Origin: Myxococcota bacterium
GTDB lineage: Bacteria; Myxococcota_A; UBA9160; JAFDDA01
DNA: 64,000 nt
Assembly (NCBI GenBank): GCA_965228475.1
Contig: OZ245817.1
Span: forward strand, 2,624,001-2,688,000
Direction: 5' to 3'
Below the pieces are notes generated by a model. It did not search any database and was not told where the DNA came from. It saw only the letters and a list, made by a program, of their open reading frames with translations. Position numbers and translations under genes: made by a program. Shown in pieces: positions 29,252 to 38,087 of this stretch (positions are counted from its first letter, which is position 1; each line of letters starts with the position of its first letter).

Positions 29252-29655
29252 CGCGCACCCACGAGAGCCGGTGCGCTCTCCGCCTCGGCGGGAACGAGCC
29301 GGAGGTGCGCCGGCCGCAGCGCGTAGGACGCCGCGCCCAGCGCGAAGACCGCGACCGGGGCCAGGCTCTCGCCGATCGGATCGCCCACGAAGACGTGAGA
29401 GGCCAGCGCGCCTGCGAGGTCGATCGCGAAGCCCGCGTAGGCCCACTCCTTCAAGAGCGGCAGCCCCGGGGCCAGGAGCACCGCCACGCCGGCGAGCTTG
29501 GCGACCCCGAGGATCGTCATCACGTAGGCCGGGTATCCGAGCTTCTCCATCGAGGCCGCGATGGTCTCGAGCTGGAAGAGGTGCCCCACCCCTCCGGCGA
29601 GGAAGACCAGGGAAAAGAGCCCGGTCGCGATCCAGTAGGCGGTCGAACGATTCAT
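29248..29655 (-). CDS. DoxX-like family membrane protein
   Basis: YWIATGL, LGYPAY, LGVAKLAG, LKEWAYAGF. Confidence 0.85.
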   Translation of the reverse strand: MNRSTAYWIATGLFSLVFLAGGVGHLFQLETIAASMEKLGYPAYVMTILGVAKLAGVAVLLAPGLPLLKEWAYAGFAIDLAGALASHVFVGDPIGESLAPVAVFALGAASYALRPAHLRLVPAEAESAPALVGAR

Positions 29656-29747
29656 GGAGACTCCAGGCAGGACCGGGCGCGAGGTGCTGCGGTTTGTACG
29701 ATTGACTAAATCGACCCAGGGCGATTATACAGACGACTAAACCAGGG

Positions 29748-31067
29748 TCAAGCGTCTTCGGGGGCGCTCCGGGCGAGCGTGGCGAGGCGGAGGAGCAGCT
29801 CGGCCTGAAGCGCCTGCTCCCCGGGAGCCAGATCGTGGGAGAGGCCGGCGAGCAGGACCAGCGTCCGGACGACCAGGGCGATGTCGGGCGGGACGGTGCG
29901 CAGCCGGCTCCGCCGCAGGAGGGCCGGGACGCCCGCCGCCGTGCCCGGTCCCTCGCCCTGCCCACGCGCACCCGGCGCTCCGCCGAGGACCGTCCGGAGG
30001 AGCCCCAGCACCGCCTCGGCATCCGAGCCCTCGACGTCGAAGCCGAGGGCGGCGGCCGAACGCGCAAGCCCCTCGGCGTCGCCCGAGAGCCCCTGCATCA
30101 CGAACCGCGCGGCGTCCCGGGCGAAACCCGGCGGGAGTTCCTTGCAGAGCCCGAAGTCGAGCAGGCCGAGTGTTCCCCCCTCGAGGACCAGCAGGTTCCC
30201 GGGGTGCGGGTCGCCGTGGAAGAAGCCGCGCTCGAAGATCATGACGGCGTAGAGGTGGGCCAGGCGGCGCGCCAGCTCGCGCGGATCGTGCCCGGCGGCG
30301 CGCAGGGACGCGACGTCCGTGATGGGGATCCCGTCGAGGTACTCGAGCACGAGCGTGTGGTCGCCGCAGAGCGGCCCGTGCACGCGGGGGACGCGGACGA
30401 AGGCCAGGGTCGAGAGTTCCTTGGCCGCCCGTTCGGTGGACGCCGCCTCCCGTGCGAAGTCGAGTTCGAGGGCGACGAAGCGCGTGATCTCCCGAACGAA
30501 GCTCGGGAAGTCGGTGCCCGAGACGAAGCCGATCACGTGGGACATGAGGCGCCCCATCGCGAGATCGACCGGTGCGATCCGGCCGATCTCGGGGTACTGG
30601 AGCTTCACCGCGACGTCGCTCCCGTCGCGGAGCCGGGCGCGGTGCACCTGCGCGATGGAGGCCGCGGCGAGCGGGCGCTCGTCGAACGCCGAGAAGACCT
30701 CTTCGAGCGGCCGGCCGAGATCGGCCTCGAGCGCCGGTCTCAGGCTCGCGAAGGGCCGCGGCGCCGCCGCGTCGTGGTAGCGGCGCAGCCGGCGCACGAA
30801 GGGTTCGGGAAGCAGGTCCCCGCGCGCGCCCGCGATCTGGGCGAACTTGACCGGCAGCCCGCCGAGATGCGCCACGAGCCGGTCGACCCGCGCCGCCGTT
30901 CGCTCGTGGATGCGCAGCCAGGCCGCCTGGCTCGCCGCTTCGTCCCGGAAGCGGTCGAGGACCCCGGCCCACAGGTACGCGGGCAGACTCCGCGCGACGG
31001 TCCCGCCGATGCACGCCATCCGATAGGGGCGCAGATGACGAAGCCGGGCGCCCAGAGAAAGAGTCAC
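29748..31067 (-). CDS. AarF/ABC1/UbiB family atypical kinase
   Basis: LGGLPVKFAQ, PLAAASIAQVHRARL, VAVKLQYP, ELDFAREA, FFHGDPHPGN, LDFG; GTGA overlap with tetR stop. Confidence 0.9.
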   Translation of the reverse strand: MTLSLGARLRHLRPYRMACIGGTVARSLPAYLWAGVLDRFRDEAASQAAWLRIHERTAARVDRLVAHLGGLPVKFAQIAGARGDLLPEPFVRRLRRYHDAAAPRPFASLRPALEADLGRPLEEVFSAFDERPLAAASIAQVHRARLRDGSDVAVKLQYPEIGRIAPVDLAMGRLMSHVIGFVSGTDFPSFVREITRFVALELDFAREAASTERAAKELSTLAFVRVPRVHGPLCGDHTLVLEYLDGIPITDVASLRAAGHDPRELARRLAHLYAVMIFERGFFHGDPHPGNLLVLEGGTLGLLDFGLCKELPPGFARDAARFVMQGLSGDAEGLARSAAALGFDVEGSDAEAVLGLLRTVLGGAPGARGQGEGPGTAAGVPALLRRSRLRTVPPDIALVVRTLVLLAGLSHDLAPGEQALQAELLLRLATLARSAPEDA

Positions 31068-31702
31068 GAGCTCTCCGCGCCCGCGCTTCCGATCACCCCG
31101 TGCAGAAACAATTCGGCGAGGGTGTCCGTCGCTTCCTCGACCGGGATGGCCACGTGCCGCTCGGCCCCGAGGAGTTCCTGACTCGCCCAGAAGGAAACCA
31201 CCAGCGTGACGAGACTCCGCCCCGCCACCCAGGTGTGGAGACGCTTCGCGCGCTCGGCCGGGAGCTTCGCCTCGAGGAACTCGGCGAGCAGGCGGTTCAC
31301 GGGAACGAGAACCTCGGAGACGAAGTGGTCCGCCTTGTCGAGCTGCCCCGGGAGCTCGCGCAGCAGGAGGCCGACGAGATGGCGGCGTTCCTCGAGCGCA
31401 GCCCAGAGGCTCCGCACCAGGGTGCGGACGACCACCTCGAGCGGCTGCTCCTTCCATGCGGCGAGGAGCGCCTCCACGTCGGGACGGAGGCTGTAGCGGC
31501 GCAGGACTTCGTCGAGCAGGGCGAGCTTCCCCGGGAAGTAGAGGTAGAGCGTGCCCTTGGTGAGGCCGACCTCCCGCGCGATGGCGGCCATCGAGGTGCC
31601 GTCGTAGCCGTGACGCCCCCAGAGCCGGATGGCCGCTTCGAGGATCTCCTCGCGGCGCCCCTCGACGAAGGCCTCCCGGTCCTTGGCGGCGATCCTGGGC
31701 AT
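31064..31702 (-). CDS. TetR/AcrR family transcriptional regulator
   Basis: RREEILEAAIRLWGRHGYDGTSMAAIAREVGLTKGTLYLYFPGK. Confidence 0.92.
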   Translation of the reverse strand: MPRIAAKDREAFVEGRREEILEAAIRLWGRHGYDGTSMAAIAREVGLTKGTLYLYFPGKLALLDEVLRRYSLRPDVEALLAAWKEQPLEVVVRTLVRSLWAALEERRHLVGLLLRELPGQLDKADHFVSEVLVPVNRLLAEFLEAKLPAERAKRLHTWVAGRSLVTLVVSFWASQELLGAERHVAIPVEEATDTLAELFLHGVIGSAGAESS

Positions 31703-31712
31703 GGGGTATAGA

Positions 31713-31732
31713 ATGACTGAACGTTTGGTCAT
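31713..31732. promoter_or_regulatory. Palindromic TetR operator between tetR and P450
   Basis: ATGACTGAAC|GTTTGGTCAT (8/10 arm match) next to a TAGAAT -10-like hexamer. Confidence 0.6.
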
Positions 31733-31759
31733 CCTCAACCCCTGACGACCGAGGACACC

Positions 31760-33022
31760 ATGGACCCGCAGAAGAGCTCCCCGCCTCCGCCCTCCCTGCC
31801 CCTCGGCGGGAATCCCCTCGCCAACCCCGCCCTGCTCGAGAACCCCTACCCGTTCTACGCGGCCCTTCGCTCGAACAACCCGATCTTCCGCGTACCCGCG
31901 CCGATCGAGACCGGAGCCGGCATCTTCCTGCTCACGCGCTACGCCGAGGTCGAGGCCGTGCTGCGCGATTCCGACCACGCCTTCAGCGTCCGCCGCACCG
32001 AATCCGACGTGTTCCGTCTCTACGAAGACCAGCTGCCCGCCGCGTTGCTCACCGGGCCCGGCATCGGCCAATCGATGCTGGTGAAGGACCCGCCGGTCCA
32101 CACGCGCCTGCGTGGGCTCGTGAGCCGCGCCTTCACGCCGCGACGGATCGCCGCGCTCGCGCCGCGCATCGAAGAGCAGGTCGACCGCCTCCTCTCGGAG
32201 ATGCTGTCGGCGGGGGGCGGCGACTGGATCCACGACCTCGCCGAACCGCTGCCGGCCGTCGTGATCGCGGAGCTCCTCGGCGTCCCGCCCGAGGACCACC
32301 GCCAGTTCCGCCTCTGGTCGTCGGAGCTCATCAACGCCCTGCCGAACTTCGGCGAGGGTACGGCGGAGGCGGCGGAATCGGCGGTCGGCGTACTGCTCGA
32401 GTACCTGCGTAAGCAGATCGATCATCGCCGCGAGCACCCCGGCGACGACCTGTTGACCGCGCTGATCGAGGCCCGCGACGAACAGGACGCGCTCAACGAG
32501 GACGAGCTCGTCTCGACGGCGTTCCTGCTGCTGCTCGCCGGCCACGAGACGACGACCAACCTGATCGGGAACGGCCTTCTCGCCATGATCCGCACGCCCG
32601 AGGCCTGGGACCAGCTCCGCGGCCACCCCGAGCGCGCCGAGGCCGCCGTCGAAGAGCTCCTGCGTTTCGACAGCCCGGTCCAGGCCACCGTGCGCGTCGC
32701 GATGCGCGACGTCGAACTCGATGGGCACACGATCGGCGCCGGAGCTCTCGTCGTGTGCGGGATCGGCGCGGCCAACCGCGACCCCGAAGCCAACCCGGAG
32801 TCCGACCGCGTCGACCTCCTGCGCGAGGAGGTCCGCCACCTCTCCTTCGGCTTCGGGACGCACTTCTGCCTGGGCGCGGCCCTGGCCCGCAGCGAAGGAG
32901 CCGCGGTCTTCCGCGCCCTGGCCTCCCGCGTCGAGAAGATCACGCCGAAGACGGAGACCTTCGAGTTCCGCCCGAACCCGGTGCTGCGGGGCCTGCGCAC
33001 GCTGCCGGTCGCGCTCGGCTGA
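31760..33022 (+). CDS. Cytochrome P450
   Basis: DPPVHTRLR, I-helix AGHETT, ExxR EELLR, heme motif FGFGTHFCLG. Confidence 0.96.
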   Translation: MDPQKSSPPPPSLPLGGNPLANPALLENPYPFYAALRSNNPIFRVPAPIETGAGIFLLTRYAEVEAVLRDSDHAFSVRRTESDVFRLYEDQLPAALLTGPGIGQSMLVKDPPVHTRLRGLVSRAFTPRRIAALAPRIEEQVDRLLSEMLSAGGGDWIHDLAEPLPAVVIAELLGVPPEDHRQFRLWSSELINALPNFGEGTAEAAESAVGVLLEYLRKQIDHRREHPGDDLLTALIEARDEQDALNEDELVSTAFLLLLAGHETTTNLIGNGLLAMIRTPEAWDQLRGHPERAEAAVEELLRFDSPVQATVRVAMRDVELDGHTIGAGALVVCGIGAANRDPEANPESDRVDLLREEVRHLSFGFGTHFCLGAALARSEGAAVFRALASRVEKITPKTETFEFRPNPVLRGLRTLPVALG

Positions 33023-33078
33023 ATCGAGCGAACGATTCGAGGGGGCACCGCTGCGGGCGGGAACGATAGACTCGGGCC

Positions 33079-33888
33079 ATGCCCGCACGCTTCGAACTCC
33101 CCGCCGACCATCCCCACGTCGCCCTCGTCACGATCGACCGCGCCGAGAAGGCGAACTCCCTCGACCCGGAGACGCTCCGCGACCTCGCCGCCGCCTGGCG
33201 GCGGATCGCCGAGGACGACGCGATCCGCTGCGCGGTGCTGACCGGCGCCGGCGAGCGCGTCTTCTGTTCGGGCATGGACATGACCACCACCATCCCGGCT
33301 TCCCAGCGGCTGGCCCGGGGTGAGCGCGTCGAGCCCGAGGTCTTCGAGGCCCTGCGTGACGTCAGCACGGCCCTGCTCGCCGGCTTCGACCTGGCGACCC
33401 CCCTGGTGTGCGCCGTGAACGGCCACGCGCGAGCGGGCGGCTTCGACCTGATGCTGGCCTCGGAGCTCCGCTTCGCCGTCCCGGACGCCACCTTCGCGCT
33501 CGAGGAGGTCGCGCTCGGTCTCTACCCGACGGGCAACGCGACGGTGATGCTCCCACGCCAGATCGGCTGGACCCACGCGAACGAGCTGCTCCTGACGGCG
33601 AAGCCCGTCGACGCGGAGCACGCGGCCCGCGTCGGGCTCGTGAACCGCATCGTCCCCGCCGAGCGGCTCCTCGAAACGGCGCTCGGCGCGGCCGACGCCA
33701 TCGCGGCGAACGCGCCGCTCGCCGTGCGCGAGACGCGCCGGGGCGTCCGCGAGCTGCTCGCCACGCCCCTGCCCGAAGCCTACGAGCGCCAGGAAGCGCT
33801 CGGCCGCCCCCTGCGCCGGACACGCGACGCCGCGGAGGCCCAGCGGGCCTTCGTCGAGAAGCGCAAGCCGGAGTGGGAGGGCCGCTAG
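33079..33888 (+). CDS. Enoyl-CoA hydratase/isomerase family protein
   Basis: FCSGMDM, AVNGHARAGG, EVALGL, ANAPLAV, AFVEKRKPEWEGR. Confidence 0.9.
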   Translation: MPARFELPADHPHVALVTIDRAEKANSLDPETLRDLAAAWRRIAEDDAIRCAVLTGAGERVFCSGMDMTTTIPASQRLARGERVEPEVFEALRDVSTALLAGFDLATPLVCAVNGHARAGGFDLMLASELRFAVPDATFALEEVALGLYPTGNATVMLPRQIGWTHANELLLTAKPVDAEHAARVGLVNRIVPAERLLETALGAADAIAANAPLAVRETRRGVRELLATPLPEAYERQEALGRPLRRTRDAAEAQRAFVEKRKPEWEGR

Positions 33889-33913
33889 CGCACGCGGGCG
33901 GGCGAGGCGGCGG

Positions 33914-34843
33914 TCAGGCGAACCAGCCGTCGCGGGCCGCGAGCCCTTCGTCGACGAGGCGCCGGATGCGGGCCTTCACGACCTCGACGTGGCCCTCCAT
34001 CACGGAGTCCTCGTCGTTCGGGGCGCCCTCGAAGTAGAGCGGCTCGCCGAAGCGGATGCGGAACTTGGTCGGCAACGGGATGAAGCCCATCGGGCCGAGC
34101 AGCGGCATCGTCCAGGTCAGGGGCAAGGCGGGCGCACCGACCCACTTCGCCACGCTCTCGAGGCGCGCGATGCCGGGTGAGATCTCCTCGGAGCCGACGA
34201 TGCCGATCGGAACGATCGGGGTGCCCGTCTCGAGGGCCAGCCGCACGAAGCCGAGACCGAAGCGCTTGAGTTCGTAGGCCTGGCTGTAGGGCTTGATGAA
34301 GCCCCGCTGGCCTTCCGGGAACACCATCACGGCCTCGTCGTGCTCGAGCAGCTCGACGCAGTTGGCGGGCGTGCCGACGACCGACCCCGCGCGGTGCATC
34401 ATGACGTTGAAGAACGGAATCTGCGGCAGGTAGTACTCGGCCATGCCGCGGACGATGCGCGGCGGCTCGCCTTCGAGGAAGAGCGAGGTCGCGAGCATTG
34501 CCCCGTCCCAGGCGAAGGTGTTGCCGGCGTGGTTCGCGATCAGGAGCACCCGGCCGCTCGGGACGTTCTCGATGCCGTGGGTCTCGACCCGGAACCAGTT
34601 CCGATAGAAGAAGAGCATCGGCAGGATGAACGAGAGCGTCCAGCTCGGGTCGTAGCCGAAGGGGTCGAAGCCGTACTCGTTCAGGCGGGTCGGCAGGCGC
34701 GCGGCGCGGTCGGCCAGGTGGCGCCACTCGGACTGAAGGCCGCTCGGCAGCCACGACGGCGGGTCCGGCAGCGCGGGAGGACCGCCCGGGCGCGGGATCG
34801 GGAACGGAAGCGTTCGCGGGTCGAAGGGTTCTTCGGCGGCCAT
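33914..34843 (-). CDS. Lysophospholipid/glycerol acyltransferase (PlsC family)
   Basis: LLIANHAG...WDG, VFPEG, GFVRLALETGTPIVP, FGEP. Confidence 0.88.
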   Translation of the reverse strand: MAAEEPFDPRTLPFPIPRPGGPPALPDPPSWLPSGLQSEWRHLADRAARLPTRLNEYGFDPFGYDPSWTLSFILPMLFFYRNWFRVETHGIENVPSGRVLLIANHAGNTFAWDGAMLATSLFLEGEPPRIVRGMAEYYLPQIPFFNVMMHRAGSVVGTPANCVELLEHDEAVMVFPEGQRGFIKPYSQAYELKRFGLGFVRLALETGTPIVPIGIVGSEEISPGIARLESVAKWVGAPALPLTWTMPLLGPMGFIPLPTKFRIRFGEPLYFEGAPNDEDSVMEGHVEVVKARIRRLVDEGLAARDGWFA

Positions 34844-34947
34844 GGGCCGAGTCTATCAAAGCGCCCTGTCAGGACTGGACTCGGTGGGCCCTAGGGTCCG
34901 ACGCTCGCCGACCTGGGCCGTGAACGGCCCGAGGCCGAAGCAGGCGA

Positions 34948-35622
34948 TCAGCGCCTTCGGCCCATCCCAGCGAGGCCGAGCCCGCCGAGCAGGAACAGCA
35001 GCATCGCGGCGGGTTCCGGGACCGTGTGGTTCACCAGCAGCGCGAGGCCCGGGGTCGGGATCACGGTGCCCGCCAGATCGTCCGCGACCACGTGGACGAG
35101 CTCGAAGGTGTGCATTTCGCCCGGAGCGAGTACGGGCAGGAGCACCGCACCGAAGTAGTAGGGCGCGGCGTGGAGGAGCAAGAGGCCGTCGGAATCCAGG
35201 CCGAACTCGTGGGGCTCGATGAAGGGCCACGGGTCCGGCGCGCCGTCGACCGCGCCGAGCGTGAAGACGAGGTACTCGTTGTCGAGCGTCGTTCCGGTGG
35301 TGTTGGTGACCGTGTAGCGGACGTTTCCGAGCAGCGGCGTGGCGAAGCTCGGCGGCATCGGCTCGGAGCCGATCAGTCCGAGCAGCTCGGTCACGACCGA
35401 CAGGCTCGGAGAGAGAGAGGGATCCCCGGCGCTGTCCCAGGTGTAGCTCCCGTCGACGACCAGGTGGATCGGCATTCCTGCAAGGTCCGCCCCGTCGAAG
35501 CCCCAGGCACTCGGGCCCTCGAAGTAGAGCGGCGTCGCGTGGACCGGGGGAGCCATCCAGCAGCCGACCGCCAGCGCCAACGCCGCAGCCAGGCCCTTCG
35601 AGGAAGTGATTCGAGTCTCCAT
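34948..35622 (-). CDS. PEP-CTERM sorting domain protein
   Basis: Signal peptide (...PVHA), C-terminal VPEP + hydrophobic helix + GRRR; alternative start at 35640. Confidence 0.85.
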   Translation of the reverse strand: METRITSSKGLAAALALAVGCWMAPPVHATPLYFEGPSAWGFDGADLAGMPIHLVVDGSYTWDSAGDPSLSPSLSVVTELLGLIGSEPMPPSFATPLLGNVRYTVTNTTGTTLDNEYLVFTLGAVDGAPDPWPFIEPHEFGLDSDGLLLLHAAPYYFGAVLLPVLAPGEMHTFELVHVVADDLAGTVIPTPGLALLVNHTVPEPAAMLLFLLGGLGLAGMGRRR

Positions 35623-35801
35623 CGCAGATCCATCCTTCATCCGCCCGAGCCCGCTGCCGCGAAACCCACCGCAGCCTGCAGGGCCGAGCGGTCGTGAGTG
35701 TCCGCCCCCCGTTCCGAGGTGACGATCTGCCACCCGCCTGCGCGCAACGCACACGCACCGGGCTGGCGGTCACGCGGCAACGCAACGGGTAGACTCGCGC
35801 G

Positions 35802-36998
35802 GTGAATCGAGATCCTCGTTCCGACCCCGGCGCCATGGTGCTCCCGGAGGCCGTGCGCACGATCCTCTCGACGCTCGGTGCGAACGGCCATGCCTCGTTC
35901 CTCGTCGGCGGTTGCGTGCGCGACCATCTCTCCGGCGAACCGGTGCGCGACTACGACGTCGCGACGCCCGCGACGCCGCACGAGGTCCTGGCCCTCTTTC
36001 CGTGCGCGATCCCGATCGGCCTGCGACACGGAACGGTGATGGTCCCAACGCCGTGCGGGCCCGTCGACGTGACCTCCTTCCGCGGCGCGGGCGGCCTGCA
36101 TTCCGACCTCGGCCACAGGGACTTCACGATCAACGCCATGGCCTTCGACCCGGCCACGGAATCCTTCGTCGACCCCTTCGAAGGACGGGCGGACCTGCTC
36201 GCGCGGCGGCTGCGGGCCGTCGGGTCCGCCGCCGATCGCCTGGGCGAGGACCCGCTCCGCGCCCTGCGCGCCGTGCGCTTTCTGTCCGAAGGCGGCTTCG
36301 AACCCGATGCGGAGCTCGTAGCGGCCATGGGCGAAACCGCCGCGGCCCTCCCCGGCGTCGCCGGAGAACGGCTGCGCGCGGAACTCGAGCGAACCCTGCT
36401 CGGACGGGGTGTTCGCTCCGCACTCGCCCTGCTCCGCCGAACCGGGCTCGAGGCCGCACTGGCCCCCGGCACCTCCGAGCGAGCCGCCGCGCGCGTCGAA
36501 GCACTCCCTCCGGACCGCGACCTCCGTCTCGCCGGCTGGCTCGCCGGAACGGACCCCGGCCCGGTCCTCGCACGGCTGCGCTGCTCTCGCGCGGTCGCGG
36601 ACCGCGTCGCTCGCTGGCTGCGCGCCCACCCGCTCCGGCCCGAAGGGGACCCCGGCCGGCCGGCGGACGTACGGCGCCTCCTGCAAAAACACGGCGAAGA
36701 CGATCTCGCCGCCCTGCTCGCACTCGCGCGCGCCACCGAACCCGCGGGAGCGCAGCCGCTCCTCGCCGAATGGACGGAGGCGGTGGACGGCCTGGCGGAT
36801 GCGGGCGGACTCGTGATCACCCGCGAGGACCTCGCACTCGATGGGCAGGCCGTGATGGAAGCCGTCGGCGGCGGGCCGGGCCCGGTGGTCGGCGAGGCAT
36901 TGCGCTACCTCCTGGATTGCGTGCTCGAAGAACCGTCGCAGAACACCCCGGAGAATCTCCGCGCACTCCTGGCCGAGTGGCGCGAGGCCCGTCCGTGA
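35802..36998 (+). CDS. Class II tRNA nucleotidyltransferase (probably CC-adding)
   Basis: LVGGCVRD...DYDVAT, HGTV, DLGHRDFTINAMA, EDPLRALRAVRF; flexible loop shortened. Confidence 0.88.
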   Translation: MNRDPRSDPGAMVLPEAVRTILSTLGANGHASFLVGGCVRDHLSGEPVRDYDVATPATPHEVLALFPCAIPIGLRHGTVMVPTPCGPVDVTSFRGAGGLHSDLGHRDFTINAMAFDPATESFVDPFEGRADLLARRLRAVGSAADRLGEDPLRALRAVRFLSEGGFEPDAELVAAMGETAAALPGVAGERLRAELERTLLGRGVRSALALLRRTGLEAALAPGTSERAAARVEALPPDRDLRLAGWLAGTDPGPVLARLRCSRAVADRVARWLRAHPLRPEGDPGRPADVRRLLQKHGEDDLAALLALARATEPAGAQPLLAEWTEAVDGLADAGGLVITREDLALDGQAVMEAVGGGPGPVVGEALRYLLDCVLEEPSQNTPENLRALLAEWREARP

Positions 36999-37615
36999 GC
37001 CCGGCCGGAGCCGCACTGCGTGGCGCGCTCGCGTGCCTCCTGCTCTTCGTCTTCGGGTGCGGCAGTTCGGGCAGCTCGGCCGGCCCCGCTCGCTACCGGC
37101 TGACCGACAGCGGCGAGCAGTGGCACCACGCCGGCAGCGACGCGGTCCAGAGCGATCTCGAGGCCCGCTACCCCGCCTTCTTCCGTCACGTCCTCGATCC
37201 CAACCAGCGCGGCGACCTCGACATCCGCCCCCTCCGGCGCGACCTCGAGCATCGGCCCGTCGACCGGCGGAACTTCGACGCGCTGAACGCCGTCGCCGTG
37301 AGCTACTTCGAGCTGAATCACCGCGCCCAGGCGGACCCGGGCGGACCCGGCTACTTCGACGACTCCTTCCGCGCCGCGAAGCTCCTGGCCCTGCCCTGGA
37401 AGGCCTACGGCCTCGTCGACGACCCGTCCCTGCGCGACGCAATCATCGACTTCTTCGAGGACGCGGGAACGGGGACCAAGCTCGACGCCGCCACGACCGC
37501 GCCGCGGCTCGCCCGGATCGTGGAATCCCTCGCCGCCAAGGAGGACGACCCGGGGCGGCTCGAACGCATCGAAGCGCTCACGCGGCGCCTCGACGAACCT
37601 CCGAGCGGGCCCTAG
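36995..37615 (+). CDS. Hypothetical lipoprotein
   Basis: GTG start overlapping the upstream stop; lipobox-like FVFGC then Ser/Gly linker and helical domain. Confidence 0.65.
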   Translation: MSPAGAALRGALACLLLFVFGCGSSGSSAGPARYRLTDSGEQWHHAGSDAVQSDLEARYPAFFRHVLDPNQRGDLDIRPLRRDLEHRPVDRRNFDALNAVAVSYFELNHRAQADPGGPGYFDDSFRAAKLLALPWKAYGLVDDPSLRDAIIDFFEDAGTGTKLDAATTAPRLARIVESLAAKEDDPGRLERIEALTRRLDEPPSGP

Positions 37616-38037
37616 GGCGCCGAGCCTTCCGGGGGCGTCGTGGCCGCGCCTTCGGGCCCGACCCGGACGACGCGCAGCTCGTGGCCCTCGAGCGCCTCGA
37701 CGCGCACGGCCGCTCCGGTCTCGATCTCCCCATGGTCCGCCACCGCGCGCCAGAGTTCGGCGTTCACGCGCACCCAGCCGTGGGGCTTCAGGCCTTCGAC
37801 CACCGTGGCCAGCCGGCCGACGAGATGCTCGCCCGGGTCGGCGCCGACCTTCTCGTAGGCGCGCTTCATCCACGGATAGAGGAGCACGTCCTTGACGGCG
37901 AAGCCGACGGCCCCCGCCACGAGGAGCCACGCCGGCGCCTCGGTGTAGTTGTGGACGCCGAGGAGGATCAGCGCCACGAGCGACCACTCGGGGATCTGGA
38001 AGAGCATGTAGCGAAGAAAGGTGCGTCGCCCGGACAC
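37612..38037 (-). CDS. NfeD family protein
   Basis: N-terminal TM, then LVGRLATVVEGLKPHGWVRVNAELWRA...VRVEALEGHELRV. Confidence 0.85.
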   Translation of the reverse strand: MSGRRTFLRYMLFQIPEWSLVALILLGVHNYTEAPAWLLVAGAVGFAVKDVLLYPWMKRAYEKVGADPGEHLVGRLATVVEGLKPHGWVRVNAELWRAVADHGEIETGAAVRVEALEGHELRVVRVGPEGAATTPPEGSAP

Positions 38038-38087
38038 CCGGGAACACTGCCCGATCCGGGGCCTTGCGGCCAGCGGGTGCGGGAGGG

